A DNA stretch of 64,000 nucleotides from Hamiltosporidium tvaerminnensis FI-OER-3-3 (lineage: Eukaryota > Fungi > Microsporidia): contig JAKIMF020000013.1 of NCBI GenBank assembly GCA_022605425.2, positions 62,001-126,000 on the forward strand, read 5' to 3'. A program made the translations under genes and the position numbers. Below, piece by piece: positions 1 through 12,962 of the stretch (positions are counted from its first letter, which is position 1; each line of letters begins with the position of its first letter). The notes beneath the pieces are model-generated. The model was not told the origin of the DNA. It made no database searches and saw only the letters and a list, made by a program, of their open reading frames with translations.

Positions 1-1342
1 ATTCGGCATTAAAGAATCCAAGATAAATAAAGAGATTAAACATATAGAATTAGATCGAATAAGTGTACCAAATATCGAAGTTTTATTTTTGTTGATTCCG
101 AAAAAATTGGAATCGCTTATTTTAGTAAAATGCTATTCTGCAACCATGGGTACGTTTCTTGCTAAAATGACAAAAAAATTTGAAAATTTAAAAGTCTTGC
201 AATTACTTGGTACAATGTTGCAAAATGGTTTTTTCAATACTTTGGATTTAGTGAGCATTGAGAGGTTAGATTTATCGTGTTGTACGTACAGAGGCATTCT
301 AAAATACGTCAAAATCAAAGAAATGAAAGCATTGAAAGAATTAAAATTAGACTATTGCCACATAAATTATAAAGTTGTAGAAGCTTTGATTAGAACCGAA
401 TCCTTAGAAGTTATCAGTATAAAAGAATTTGTATTTAAAAATATAGATGGCTTTAATGTTTGTTTAAATAAGCAAAATAATTATCGATGTTTGGATGTTT
501 CCTGGTGTATATTTGAACATCTCTTTACCGAAATATTTTTCAAAGATTTAAATGTCGAAACTTTAATATTGGCAAATATAAAAAATCTGCAAACAATTAT
601 TATAATTTTATCACAGAATTCATTATATATAAGTGTCAAGTGTTTAAGTTTGTCGGGTAATTTACTTTTTGTGGGTATTTTTGCTTGTTTAGATAAATTT
701 GAAAAATTAGAGTTTTTAAACATTTCGAATTTAGATAAAGAATCTATATATTTTAAAATTTCAGATGTAGATTTCCCCAGTCTTTCTTTAGATATTGATT
801 CCAACCGAATTTTAAATGAAAAAAAAACAAAGACAATACTCGAGCTACCACCCAGTTATGGAAAAGAACGAAATCCATCAAATTTCGACTTTATAACAGG
901 TTTCTTAGAATGTTTATGTGCTACCGGGCTATCAACTTCTCTCAGAGGAATAAATTTATCAAAAAATGAACTTGATTCTGCAAATATTTTAAGAATAGAG
1001 TGGCTCGTAAATCTTAATTATCTTATTGTTTCGTTTGATGATAGAATATTTTCCGAATTCTTAAAGGAATACGGAGCTCTTAAATTTTCAAACTTAGAAA
1101 CTCTAATTTTAGTGTCTACAAATATTAATAATGATATTTATCATTTTGTAATGACATTACCTTTATTAAGAAATTTTGAAACACGAGAATGTAAATTTGT
1201 TGAGGATATATTAGTAAGTAACTTAAATTTATATCCCATGGTTTTGGAAAAAATAGTTTTTACGAATACAATTTATTCCTCATACTTCAAATCTGTTTTG
1301 GAAGAAATGCACGCAAAAAGAATTAATGTTATAGTAAATTAA
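1..1342 (+). CDS. Leucine-rich-repeat protein, expanded family (5'-partial; probably starts before the window)
   Basis: LxxLxLS repeats (IERLDLSCC, LKELKLDYC, LRGINLSKN). The last ~215 aa are nearly identical to 6615..9266. The ORF-track start at 89 is an internal TTG. Confidence 0.85.
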   Translation, partial: FGIKESKINKEIKHIELDRISVPNIEVLFLLIPKKLESLILVKCYSATMGTFLAKMTKKFENLKVLQLLGTMLQNGFFNTLDLVSIERLDLSCCTYRGILKYVKIKEMKALKELKLDYCHINYKVVEALIRTESLEVISIKEFVFKNIDGFNVCLNKQNNYRCLDVSWCIFEHLFTEIFFKDLNVETLILANIKNLQTIIIILSQNSLYISVKCLSLSGNLLFVGIFACLDKFEKLEFLNISNLDKESIYFKISDVDFPSLSLDIDSNRILNEKKTKTILELPPSYGKERNPSNFDFITGFLECLCATGLSTSLRGINLSKNELDSANILRIEWLVNLNYLIVSFDDRIFSEFLKEYGALKFSNLETLILVSTNINNDIYHFVMTLPLLRNFETRECKFVEDILVSNLNLYPMVLEKIVFTNTIYSSYFKSVLEEMHAKRINVIVN

Positions 1343-2789
1343 TAAAGCATATATATTTTTATATTCTAATTAGGATATACGGAAATTCAGTTTATAAATA
1401 AACAGTATTTAGATTTATAAAATATATTTAAATGCAAAACAGGAAAGCCTATCATACTATGCCATATAAATATTGTTTATATAAAAACGAAAATTCTAAA
1501 TATTTAATTTTTTTATATGTTCGTAATATAATAGGTCGATTACTCACAACGCTACTGTATAAAAATTGGCATGCTTTTTTTAGCGAAGGTATACAAATTA
1601 TTTTATGGAATTCTAAAGCTACAAAAGAACATAAAATATAGAGTATAACCGAAATGAGTAATTATGAATGTAGGCATTACGTAAATAATTTGTCTTTGAT
1701 ATAGCAATACTAAGGTATTACTTGACAATCGAAGCTACATATATTAATGAGAGATTATAGCTCAATATGTGCAGCAATAAATCGTATAATAGTCTCTTAT
1801 GCATTTTTTCTCGGGTTTCAAGCTATATCTCACATTTAAGTCATCATATTTCTCAAAAAAAAGAGGTTACATAAATATTATATCTAGCATATTGTACTGA
1901 ATCTACTAATCGAATAATATAGCACGAAATTTTGAATAGTACAAGCCTTTCTTTGTACGACAAAATTTAATTAAATAAAAAAAGTAAATTCAATCATCTG
2001 TCAATCTCTTATTTAACAAATAAATACTCCCTCAAACCGCTTTCATACAAAACGTTTAACAAGTCTTATTTAGAATGATTCATCATTTATTATCCAAAAT
2101 GAAAGAAACCTGTGAATCGATATTGTTGTTGTGGAAAAGAAAATTAAAAGAAGATGATTCCAGCTACGGATTACAATTTGCAGGAAGACCCTTTAACCTA
2201 ACACCTCGGAGGCTATGATTTGGCTTAAAATATTACCCAAAGTTTAAATATAGCAACTATTGATCATACACATGCAGTTTAATATATCATTGGTTGATCT
2301 TGTTTATGGTACTACTCTTAGGGGTTGGTCTGTATTTTATATATTGTGTTCGCTTATCTAAACCATAATGCAACGTATTGCTGCGCATTCAGATTCCAAT
2401 GAAGAAACATTCTAAACAAATGAGCTATTTTAATATTTTGAAGGTCTATGCAACTCTCAAGAATTATATCGGTGTTGTTTGTACTGACGGCTATTTGTAA
2501 GTCAATACTTTTTATGTAGTCTCTGATCTTTCTAACATTTTTTATCTTAACTTGTGTCCAGTAATATCCTTTTGTTGCTCTGTATTGTCCCTGTATCAAT
2601 ATGAAACAGGAAAAACTGGGATTATATATTAGGATGAAAGACCAATATCCAGGGGGATTTTATCCCGAAAAATCAACTTGATTTTTGTTATTATGATTTA
2701 TCGCATTCAATATCATTATTTGTTTATAATACAAAAAGTAACAGGTTTATGTCTAATGACGCGAAATAATTTGAAAAAAATTTAGCATT

Positions 2790-3530
2790 TGATTTATTTA
2801 ATAAAATTCTGGGTTAACAAATTTTCTCCTTTTTTTTAAATAGTTCGGTCCACCATTTAAACCCCTTCTATCTCTTCCTCCAACTCCGAGTGCTCATTTG
2901 CATTAATTTTTGGTACTTCTGCTGAGGTTATGCCATCCAAAATAAGGGATAAAATATTTTTTGTATTTTCCGTTTTAACACCATCTTCTTGGTTGTATAC
3001 TTGCTTTAAAGAGAGTGATGGTTGCTTATGCATCTCAGCTCTTAAAATAACAGTTACCGACACTCTCTCTTCGGCATTAGGTCTCGACTCAAGTACTCCT
3101 TGTCGATAAAAAAGAAATCGTTCCGACCGTCTTCTTAAGTAATAGATTCTATATATGCTTCTACATTCATGGGTATTTGTAGTCATTATGAGTATTTTGT
3201 CACAATATCGTCCCAGGTCATCACATAATGGATTATCTCAGCACCAAACTTATAAATAAGACATAATTCATTGGCTAGCAGGTCATACTTCCTAATTTTC
3301 TTTGATTCGACTGTTTGAAGTGAGTCTTGATAAGTAATTACTACTTCAATGACTGTCATCTTGTTTTTTCTCATATCTAAAATGAATATATCAGGTCTAT
3401 TCCACCAAATCTTGACATAAGTTTTTATCCTGGTTTCCACTCTTATCTCTGCATACTCGTTATTAAGAATTTCTCAAACTAAGTGACTCCTTATTCGTTT
3501 TGAAGACTTAATCTACACCTGTTTAGTAGT
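2790..3530 (-). mobile_element. 5'-truncated, decayed RLE non-LTR retrotransposon fragment
   Basis: Translates to NRPDIFILD...VIEV...KKIRKYDLLANEL, matching the endonuclease region of the full copies. Ends in the family tail AATTTGTTAACCCAGAATTTTATTAAATAAA. Confidence 0.9.
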
Positions 3531-3576
3531 AGTGTTTGATTATATTCAATTTAGTAAAATAAATCATTGCTTAAAC

Positions 3577-4250
3577 CAAGGATCGCTAAACTTTTTAGCC
3601 AGCAGGCCACAAAGACTTGTATTTAAAGTTTCGCGAGTCAATTATTCATATAATTTTATACCAGCACACTGAAAAGTATTTCTTCAATGTCTATTATTAA
3701 CATTTGAAGACTAATGTATACAGTTTCATAGTGATGCTTAAAAAAAAATAAGTTCATCTTTACAATATGTTTTTAGAAATTATTCAAACAAATTATCTGA
3801 ATAATATGAGCCTCCTAACCAAACAATTCCATAACTTTCATAAATTTAATTGAGTATTATTTTCACTTTAGCACTATCTAGCTGTGTGAATAAGCATTAT
3901 CCAAAAAGAATTTGCAAAAAATAGTTGCCGGTCTTATTTGACATACACTCAGGGAAAGTCATTTTTAATAATTTATCTCTGAAAATTTGGCTTTAATTTC
4001 AAGAAATCATTAGAAAAAACCTTAACTACATCAATCTCATTTGCAATTATAATATGTATAACTTATTACGAGTAGTTAAATGGAATTTTAAGCAAAATGA
4101 AGCACAAAAATCACAAACAAAATAATTCAAGCTATTTAAGTAGTTTTCGATTGTCTTTTATCTTCCGTAAATTTTAAAACAATAGATTTCATAAACAAAG
4201 CAGAAAATTTCGAAATAATCTGGTTAGATATTATAACGAAGCATTTATGC
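3577..4250 (-). mobile_element. Possible hAT (Buster/Charlie-like) transposon end with decayed transposase 3' region
   Basis: CAAGGATCGCTAAACTTTTT...GGCCAC resembles the CAGGGGTCNNCAAACTTTTT terminus of this group. Minus-strand fragments (LGGSYYSDNLFE, SSNVIIDIEEIL) weakly resemble the hAT C-terminus. No partner end found. Confidence 0.4.
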
Positions 4251-4358
4251 TAAATGTAATACTAATTAAAGGTAGTTTGTGTTTCTTCTTGTATTCATTA
4301 TTTTTTTCAATTATTTAATTCATCAAAAAAAATAAAAAAATAATAGTAAGAAATCTAT

Positions 4359-6037
4359 TGTATTTTTTTATTCATAAGTTACTTAACTAACAAAAAAATG
4401 ATGTAAAAGTTAAACTAAATAAAAATTAAATAGGATGTAAATATAAATATTAAACGAAAAATAAAACTTTTTTTGATTGTTTATCCTACTCTTGATACTT
4501 CTGTAAAGTGTTTTTTTTTTCACCATACGATCTTTCTTATTTAGTTTAATGCGAAAAAAATGATGACCAACCGCTCAACGAAATCCAAACAACATCCTCA
4601 GAAGAAAGTTCCATATTGCATCTTTTTGGTATTTTTGTTTGTATCAAAGCTCTCTGCAAGAATGACATAATCCTGAAGGAAAAACTCTTTTTTGTTGTAA
4701 TGAACATCAGTATCACTTTTCGTTTTAATAATATACTTAGCTCTATGCCCTTCCAAGGTTTAAAAATTTATTCCTTTCTCTATAAGAGTTCTAATGTTTT
4801 TAATTACTACTATGTTGTCAAATAAATGCACCGGTACAAATATACATCTACTAACAATTCATTACTGGACAACACGTTTTATCAAAAAAATCTGTTTGTA
4901 GTAAAAATTTACCATCAGAGTTACCATCATTTTCATTATTAACGATTTCTGTTTTATCTGCTTCTGCTACGATTCGTGGGTTAAACCCATCTCTAAATCT
5001 TGGGACGCGTATCGGTGAACAACCAATTACATTAGGTTGGGCAATATTGTATTTATATATTACTTTCTTGAGCATATAAATCCATATTTTGACAGGTGAG
5101 TTCCTTAATTCTTTTGCAAGAGCCCGTGTGATTGTTTGATTCGCGCTAAACATGCTCCAATTTTTTGGATGTCGAGGGCGGCCATAGACTCTTTTACTAT
5201 CTAATCTCATATATAATTCATTCAAATGTCTATTCGAAATTTTTTTTTATAATATCAGAATGAACTATTTCAGGCGATCCTTCTTTGTAAAATAGTTCAT
5301 GAAGCTATCCCGCAGCATGTTTCGCTGATTTTGTTCGCATAAATACTGCAAAAATATATTTTTAAGGAATATCAACAACAGTTAAAATCTACCCATATCC
5401 GTTTTTCGATTCTTCATATTTCCGAAGGTTTATAAAATCAACCTCGAAGGGTTTCCAAGACTTATTTTTAGTTATAACTCGAAGAGATTCGGAACGTTAT
5501 AAACTATAAAAGTTTTGGTAAGCTTCAGATTTTAAAACTATATATCAATTCTTACACGCCTAAACCCCATACATATCATCGCGATTGAAGAAAACATTTC
5601 TGTCATTCTAATGTGATTTGGCAAATAATGCTCTTCAAATGTTCTTGGATAAGCTTCTGACTTACAATCTCCGATTGCCTTTGGATCTCTATTTTTATTT
5701 TTGATAAAAATAACTTCTTCTATCAGATGAAATTGCTTTGCTTCTGTTAAAAAATTGTTGTTTTTTTTGAAAATTGGTATAATTACAAAAGATTGTGCCA
5801 TTTTTTAGATATTTTTTTATTTCTTGTATTTTTGCAATTTCTATTTTTTTCATTAGCTGTGTATAGCAGAAACATTTTTTAAATACCTTTTTCGGCCTCC
5901 TAAATATTTTACCCGCCAATTCTTTAATTTAAAAATTTTTTTATATGTCCGTATAATTTAACCAGTTGCTTTTGGTATCGCATAGGTCATTTTTCCCTTT
6001 GTTTAGTAAGTAATAGGTAAAATTAGTTATAGATACA
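4359..6037 (-). mobile_element. Decayed Ginger-like DNA transposon (retroviral-type integrase pseudogene)
   Basis: Fragmented ORFs: zinc-binding-like region (EEHYLPNH), rve motif GRPRHPK...ANQTITRAL...W...VIYKYN, and C-terminal FDTNKNTKK. Termini are TGTAT (4359) and ATACA (6037). Both ends are shared with 19778..20414. Confidence 0.8.
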
Positions 6038-6614
6038 GCATTTACTTAGCAAATTAGATACGCATTATTTTCAATTCGATCATATAATTAGCTTCGGAAG
6101 AATTATTTCATTCACAAATTTAATATTTTTTTTGTTTCGGTACAAATCTACCTTGTTAAGATCAAACCTTAAATTTAATTTCGAGACCTCTTTTAAAAAT
6201 TTTATTGGTAGAAATTCCAAAGCACTATATGAGTTTAATAAAGTGGCTTTATTAAATCAAGATTGAATCTCGTAATTTAACTTGAGTGTCATATAAAAAA
6301 ATATATGAAACACCAGAGGAAAAAATAGATTGCGAAATGACTATATTATAAAAGAAGAAAATGACAATAAAGACTTAGAGGATTGTTAAAGAAAAAAATA
6401 TCCCGAAAGCTCATTTTATACAAAAGAATGGTGGTTTCTTGCCGGAAATAGGCATGCTAAAAAATAATTAATGAGACTGATAGTCAGAACTGACTATCGA
6501 GCAAGTTATTATTATTACAATCAATTATCAATTAAAAAAAATTTAATAATTTAATTTAAAAAGTATTTAATCGAAAAAAATATATTTAAGGTAGAAAAAG
6601 CTGGGATACATTAG

Positions 6615-9266
6615 ATGTATTGGCAAAATCTATCGCTATTATTTGCTGTTGATTCAAGTAGAGAAAATGTTCGGAAAATATATATTTTGTTGTTTCTATT
6701 GGCTACGAGATATAAATATTTCTGTATTTATATATTAATTACAAGTTTTTTTATACCGTTAAATTGCGTTCGTATTACTATTGATTTTACTGATAGAAGT
6801 TGCACCGAAAAAATCGGTTTTAGTTCTGATCATTCTTGTTTTCCTATGAATTCTAAAAGTGAAAGCGGTATATACCATGCTGCTTCTGAAGAAATAGAGG
6901 TTTATGAAAGAAACCAATTCTGCATAAATAAAACTCCGACATACGTTCGCAAAAATGAAGCAAGCGAAGATAATTATACATGCAATAAAAGATTTAAGGT
7001 AAGCGAAAATGTTGAAACAATATCAAATATAAAAATCACTTCGATGTATTACGATTTAAGCAATAATCTATTTCAAAAAAGCGATACTCACCAGGAAAAA
7101 CCGGTTATTTCTACATCATCCGAGGGAAATAGATGGTGTGAAGACAATATAGAAAATTCAGTAAATAAAAACTCTTTTTTGTTCCAAAACCCTAGTCCTA
7201 TTCTAATATTCGAATATTCAAGTTCCTATATGATTCGATCTAAGTATTTTGATGGTTTGAAATTTTCTGAGTTTACCGAAATTCATCTTAATATAAAAGA
7301 TATAACGAAAAGTAATATTGATATTATTATGTGCAAGGAATGTTTAAATATTTTATGTTACGGTCTGAATTACTGTATCCTAGGATTAAATAATGAGAAT
7401 TTCCTAGATTTTATCTGGTTTTTTCACGATCTGTCTTGTTATTCAGAATCTGATGCATTAGATATATTTTATAAAAATCTACTTCCATTTCTATTTTCGT
7501 ATATAGCAGATAAATCGAGCCTAAATGTGTTTAATATGCAAGATTCTGATTTTTTAAAATTTAGAAATATTTTTTGGCCTTTCCTTATTGCATATTATGA
7601 TACAATCGATATATATTTCGATTTAAATACAAAGGAATTAATGTTCATTGAGAAGAAAGGAATCAGGAAATTTAACTTATTCGGACTAGATAGTACCGAA
7701 GAAATAGTAATTCGTACAACACCAAAAGCTCTCTCATTGATGCATATACACCATATTCATAATAGGCAATATTTTTTATGGAGACTGATTAGTTCTTTTC
7801 GGATATATGGAATAAGAATATCTGAGAATGATAAATATTATTCAGAATACAAGGATTCGGAAATTTCATGGGATTCCTCAATATATAGTTTAGAGGTTTA
7901 TGGAATGCAATCAAGTTTTTGTTCAGTTTTTACTATTGTTGAACAGAAAGGTAACGAAATCAAATTGATTGAATTTGAAAAGTTTCATTTAACAGACACG
8001 GATGTGTCTTTTTTATACAGCAACGAAAATCTAGAATCCCTTATCGTAGTGAGATGTAATATGGAGAAACTTGCCAATTTCTTGCGTACCACGGTGAAAT
8101 CCTTTTTTAAATTAAGAATTTTGCAGATTATTGGATTCAACCTAAAAAATTGGTTCTTTGATACTTTATATGCTATGAATATAGAAATTTTAGATCTTTC
8201 ATGTTGTAGATGTATTGAATCATCAAATAAATGTACCAATAGGAAAATGGGAAGGCTAAAAGAGTTTAGAATGAACTATTCAGATTTAAATCACGACATT
8301 ATAGAATCTATTATGGAATGTGGGTCCTTGGATGTTTTGTACATCCAAAAAATAAATTTTTCCAAGTTTAAAGGATTTAAGAATTCCGTAAATTGGCAAA
8401 AATCATATCGCATATTAGATATTTCCGGGTGTATATTAATCAATTCTCTTTTAGAATTCTTTTCAACAGATATAAAATGCGAAATTCTTATTTTAGAATA
8501 TTTTTGTAATCTGTTTGATTTGATAAAAATTCTCGATCAGAAATCTTTACATTCAAGTACAAAGAATTTAAGTTTATCGAAAAATTCAATTTCGTATAAA
8601 GTCTTCAAGGTGTTAGATAAATTTGAAAACTTAGAGTTTTTGAACATTTCGAATTTAGATAAAGAATCGATATATTTTAAAATTTCAGATGTAGATTTCC
8701 CCACTCTTTCTTTAGATATTGATTCCGACCGAATGTTAGATGAAAAAAAAACAAAGACAATACTCGAGCTACCACCTAGTTATAGAAAAGAACGAAATCC
8801 ATCAAATTTCGACTTTAAAACAGGTTTCTTAGAATGTTTATGTGCTACCGGGCTATCAACTTCTCTCAGAGGAATAAATTTATCAAAAAATGAACTTGAT
8901 TCTGCAAATATTTTAAGAATAGAGTGGCTCGTAAATCTTAATTATCTTATTGTTTCGTTTAATGATAAAATATTTTCTGGATTCTTAAAGGAATACGGAG
9001 CTCTTAAATTTTCAAACTTAGAAACTCTAATTTTAGTGTCTACAAATATTAATAATGATATTTATCATTTTGTAATGACATTACCTTTATTAAGAAATTT
9101 TGAAACACGAGAATGTAAATTTGTTGAGGATATATTAGTAAGTAACTTAAATTTATATCCCATGGTTTTGGAAAAAATAGTTTTTACGAATACAATTTAT
9201 TCCTCATACTTCAAATCTGTTTTGGAAGAAATGCACGCAAAAAGAATTAATGTTATAGTAAATTAA
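6615..9266 (+). CDS. Leucine-rich-repeat protein, 883 aa, hydrophobic N-terminus
   Basis: Long ORF with C-terminal LRRs; GGG at 6603-6605 before the ATG; AATAAA overlapping the stop; paralogous to 1..1342 and 39351..41939. Confidence 0.9.
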   Translation: MYWQNLSLLFAVDSSRENVRKIYILLFLLATRYKYFCIYILITSFFIPLNCVRITIDFTDRSCTEKIGFSSDHSCFPMNSKSESGIYHAASEEIEVYERNQFCINKTPTYVRKNEASEDNYTCNKRFKVSENVETISNIKITSMYYDLSNNLFQKSDTHQEKPVISTSSEGNRWCEDNIENSVNKNSFLFQNPSPILIFEYSSSYMIRSKYFDGLKFSEFTEIHLNIKDITKSNIDIIMCKECLNILCYGLNYCILGLNNENFLDFIWFFHDLSCYSESDALDIFYKNLLPFLFSYIADKSSLNVFNMQDSDFLKFRNIFWPFLIAYYDTIDIYFDLNTKELMFIEKKGIRKFNLFGLDSTEEIVIRTTPKALSLMHIHHIHNRQYFLWRLISSFRIYGIRISENDKYYSEYKDSEISWDSSIYSLEVYGMQSSFCSVFTIVEQKGNEIKLIEFEKFHLTDTDVSFLYSNENLESLIVVRCNMEKLANFLRTTVKSFFKLRILQIIGFNLKNWFFDTLYAMNIEILDLSCCRCIESSNKCTNRKMGRLKEFRMNYSDLNHDIIESIMECGSLDVLYIQKINFSKFKGFKNSVNWQKSYRILDISGCILINSLLEFFSTDIKCEILILEYFCNLFDLIKILDQKSLHSSTKNLSLSKNSISYKVFKVLDKFENLEFLNISNLDKESIYFKISDVDFPTLSLDIDSDRMLDEKKTKTILELPPSYRKERNPSNFDFKTGFLECLCATGLSTSLRGINLSKNELDSANILRIEWLVNLNYLIVSFNDKIFSGFLKEYGALKFSNLETLILVSTNINNDIYHFVMTLPLLRNFETRECKFVEDILVSNLNLYPMVLEKIVFTNTIYSSYFKSVLEEMHAKRINVIVN

Positions 9267-9305
9267 TAAAGCATATATATTTTTAATTTAATTCTCACGT
9301 GATAA

Positions 9306-12300
9306 ATTTATTTAATTAAACACGGGGATAACAAATTCTGTGTCTTTTAATTGATTTATTCTAACATTTTAACCACTTTTATCTCTTCCTCCAACTCCAA
9401 CCCTACATTTGTATTAGTTGTTGGTTCCTCTGCTGTGGCTACGCCATTCAATAGGGGATATAATATTTTTCTTATTTTTCCTTTTAACACAAAATACCTC
9501 GTTGTCTACTTCTTTTAAAGGAAATGAAGGTTGCTTATGCATCTCAGCTCCTGAAATAACACTTAATTACCGTCTCTCCTAGCTATCTCCGGGATTTGGT
9601 TCAGACTCAAGTCCTCTACGTCGATCAAAATAAATTGTTTCGGCTGTCTTCTTGATCACTATGAATTGTATATATGCCCCTACATTTATGAGTATTTGTA
9701 GTCTCTTAAGATAATCTTATGGTATTTTGTCACAATACATTCTGCAGTCATCACATAAGGAATATTCTCCATCCTGCACGCATAAAATAAGAATAAAATC
9801 ATTTGCTAATAGGTCATACTTCCTGAGTTTCTCCGTTTCAACTGTTTTAAGGGAATATTGGGTAGTGATTTTTGCTTAAATGAGGGTTATCCTATTCTGT
9901 CTCTTGTCTAAAATAAATATGTCTAATCTGTTACACAGAATATGGACATCAGTTTTTATTCTGGTGTTTACTCATATCTCTGCATACTATTTATCGAAAA
10001 TTTCTTGAACTGAGTGTCTCCTTATTCGTTTTTAAGACTTGAAATAATATCTTTTTAGCAGGAAAGGGCGCAGTCATCTAACCACTTCATTGTATCGTCT
10101 AGTATAGTCATGACCAAGCATTTTCTTAGATCGAGTTGCTAAATGATCCAATGTTTTTCTAGACTGTTTGCACTGTTGACACATACCATCGTCTCCCCAG
10201 AATGCATTTCTATCCTGGATATAGCAGAACACTGCTTCATCATGTAGCCTTATGTTCACCTTCTTGAGCCACCTAGAAAAGTCACTAATACTTACAAGTT
10301 TGTTTTTTCTTGCATTATATATCTTTGAGTGAAGGTTTCTTTTTTCTATTTCGTTTAGAATTTTGCAAGTTAAGCTTCCCCTGATTTTTTTTCGTGCATT
10401 CTTCTTCCGACCTATATTTTAATTTTAAGAAGCCTTTTATTAGCGCAAGTAGGCTTTTATTAGTATTCTTCACTTTTAGATTGTGGCTCTTTTATTTGAT
10501 ATTTCTTACTTTTTTTCAGATAATCCAAGAGTTGCGAAAGCATATTTTCGTTTTTGAACTCAACACTATGTAAAATTCGTCTAAATTCTTTAGTGAGTAG
10601 GTAAAGACGTTCTTTACATACTAGGCGTAGATTTATTTGTTCTTTACTAACACGTACGTACAGCATCATCAAACTTAGAGAACTCAACCAATTCCAGTAG
10701 AAATACCCCTATATGAAAGTTTAGTAAAGAAATTGCATGTTGATTAATGACTTGAAATAAATTTCTTAATTTAATCTCGTGCGATTAAGTCTTTCTACAT
10801 GTGCTAACAGTTTAATCAGTACTTCTTAAACGACCTACATATTAGAATTCCTCTGCTATGTCTATATTTTCAAAGTATTTACAAACACATATTCCTTTAA
10901 GAAAAGAGGCAGTATCTTTTCAACATGGATCTTTCTTGGCTGACTTCTCTTTGTTTATTTCTTATCCTATATTGTTCATAGATTTTTTCACCTCGTCTTT
11001 CATCTGATCATATGCTTGTCTATCATTAACAAAGGAGCTTGTGATCATCAAAAAACAGGAATGATTGGTAGAGATAATTTCTCATTATTATGTATTTTCG
11101 CTTTTTTGTATTTCTCGTTTCTTTAGCTCAATAGATTCAAACACAAAAGAAACAACAATGGTGACAGACTATCTTCTTGCAGGATTTCTCTATAAAGTCT
11201 TCTATTCATGATTTATCCCGGTCCTACTGATATATCAATTTTTCATTTTTATATAATTATCATAGTAATTTCAGGATTCATCAGGTAAAAGAAGTTTTTG
11301 ACTACATAATGTCATATAAGCATATCTTTTGAATCATAAGCTTTTTTTTACAATAATCCACGTTGCCTTAAGATTCCTTTCGTACTCTTTCTTCAGGGCA
11401 ATCTTCAGAAAAATTTGATATTTTGCTCCTTGCTCTCCTCTCAATGTGCTACACTGAATATCTGATAGCAAACTCTTCTTTCCATCTCAAGCTGAACGAT
11501 TTTCGTTGCGAACTTCGTCGTAAGCTTACATAGGTTTAACATAAGGTCTTTGTTCGATAGTCGGAATCTCTCATGGGTGTACATTTCTTATCAGATATGT
11601 TATCTTGAGTAAAACCAGTCAGCTTGAAGCGTTGCTTTTAAAAAAATGACTTACAGAATATCATAAAGATATTTATTAAGAGCTGTATGTTTTTTGAGGT
11701 AGAAATTTTAGATACCATCTGATCCAGTAGCTTTTAAATTAGGAAGTCAATTAATGATCTTAAAAAATTCAAAGAGTTAAGGAAACGTGGTATGATCAGT
11801 AGATAAAGATCTGACATAAAAGATAATAAATATTCATCATACAGGATTTTGTCATCCTCTTTGTTTCACATTGTACACCAAAAACTTACAATTCGTCACG
11901 ATTGAGCACATGCTAGAATTTAAGCACATAGACAGACTTCGATTATATCTACCTCGGAAAAGCCTAAATTTACGATTCTTTCTTCTTAATTTCTTCCTAT
12001 TTCCGTTCATTCTAAATTTCTTCACATACAATGTCTCAGAAAGATCATTTGTTTTACTTAAGTCTAAATTAAACACTCGCATTATTTCTCCAATACTTTT
12101 TGTTTGAGAAGCAGAAAGCTTTCCCGTCTACGAGCCTCCCTGAGAAGATCTTTTAAAAGTTTTAACGCAGAGTTTTTAGACTCGATGATTTTTTTCATAT
12201 TTGATCTTAGTTTTTTTTGTATGTTTCCTCGTCATACCATGCCTTCGCTGCCTGGATAATTCCTGGATGTAAATTATTGTCATCGCCCCATGAGATTCAG

Positions 12301-12962
12301 CATATTCACTGATAACTTGATTGAGGAGGTTTAAAACTTTACTGTTAACCAATTCACTTAGGGGTTTTCTAGTTCGACCACTTCATCTCCGATTTTCTTC
12401 CCCGAGAGTTCCTTTATTTCACACAAGTACCCTCTTTAGAGTTAATATAGAGCCCAGTGTCAGTCTGGGAACATGCCTTGGGGAGGCAAGTGGCGATACT
12501 ACATCGCTCTCTATTCTATTTTTACTTAATTTTTTTCCTTCCTCATTTTGCTAATTTTTAAATATATCGATATCTAATGTTCAGACAAATTTCCCATTAG
12601 GTACCTCGGAATTACATACCAGCCATTTCTGGGCATTCTCATAAATCTCTGTTGTACTATAAAGATCAGATCGAGGCAATTCCTGTTCAGCGGCTTTGAA
12701 TGAATCTAATGCTAGTCCACAAGTATTGGCATTAGTACAGGAAGACGATGATATGGTGTCGACTAAACTGAAAGACTAGTCTGGCAATATTTGCTTGGTA
12801 ATTGGTTTTATGGATGTTCGGTTGGGATAGAAGTCTCTCGGATATCGTTGTATCATCTACATCACACGATTTAATCTCCCTTGCACTATTCTCCGACTTG
12901 TTTACAGCTTTTATTTTTTCATTTTTTATATTTTCGCTGTCAACTTTTTTCTTTATACCCAT
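9306..12962 (-). mobile_element. Full-length, heavily decayed RLE non-LTR retrotransposon
   Basis: Colinear with 46564..50309 from MG.KKKVDSENIKNE through CQQC...DHLATR and RYNEVVR to the tail; many stops and frameshifts. Possible degenerate TSD ctcacgtgataa (9294-9305) / ttcatatgataa (12964-12975). Confidence 0.92.
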
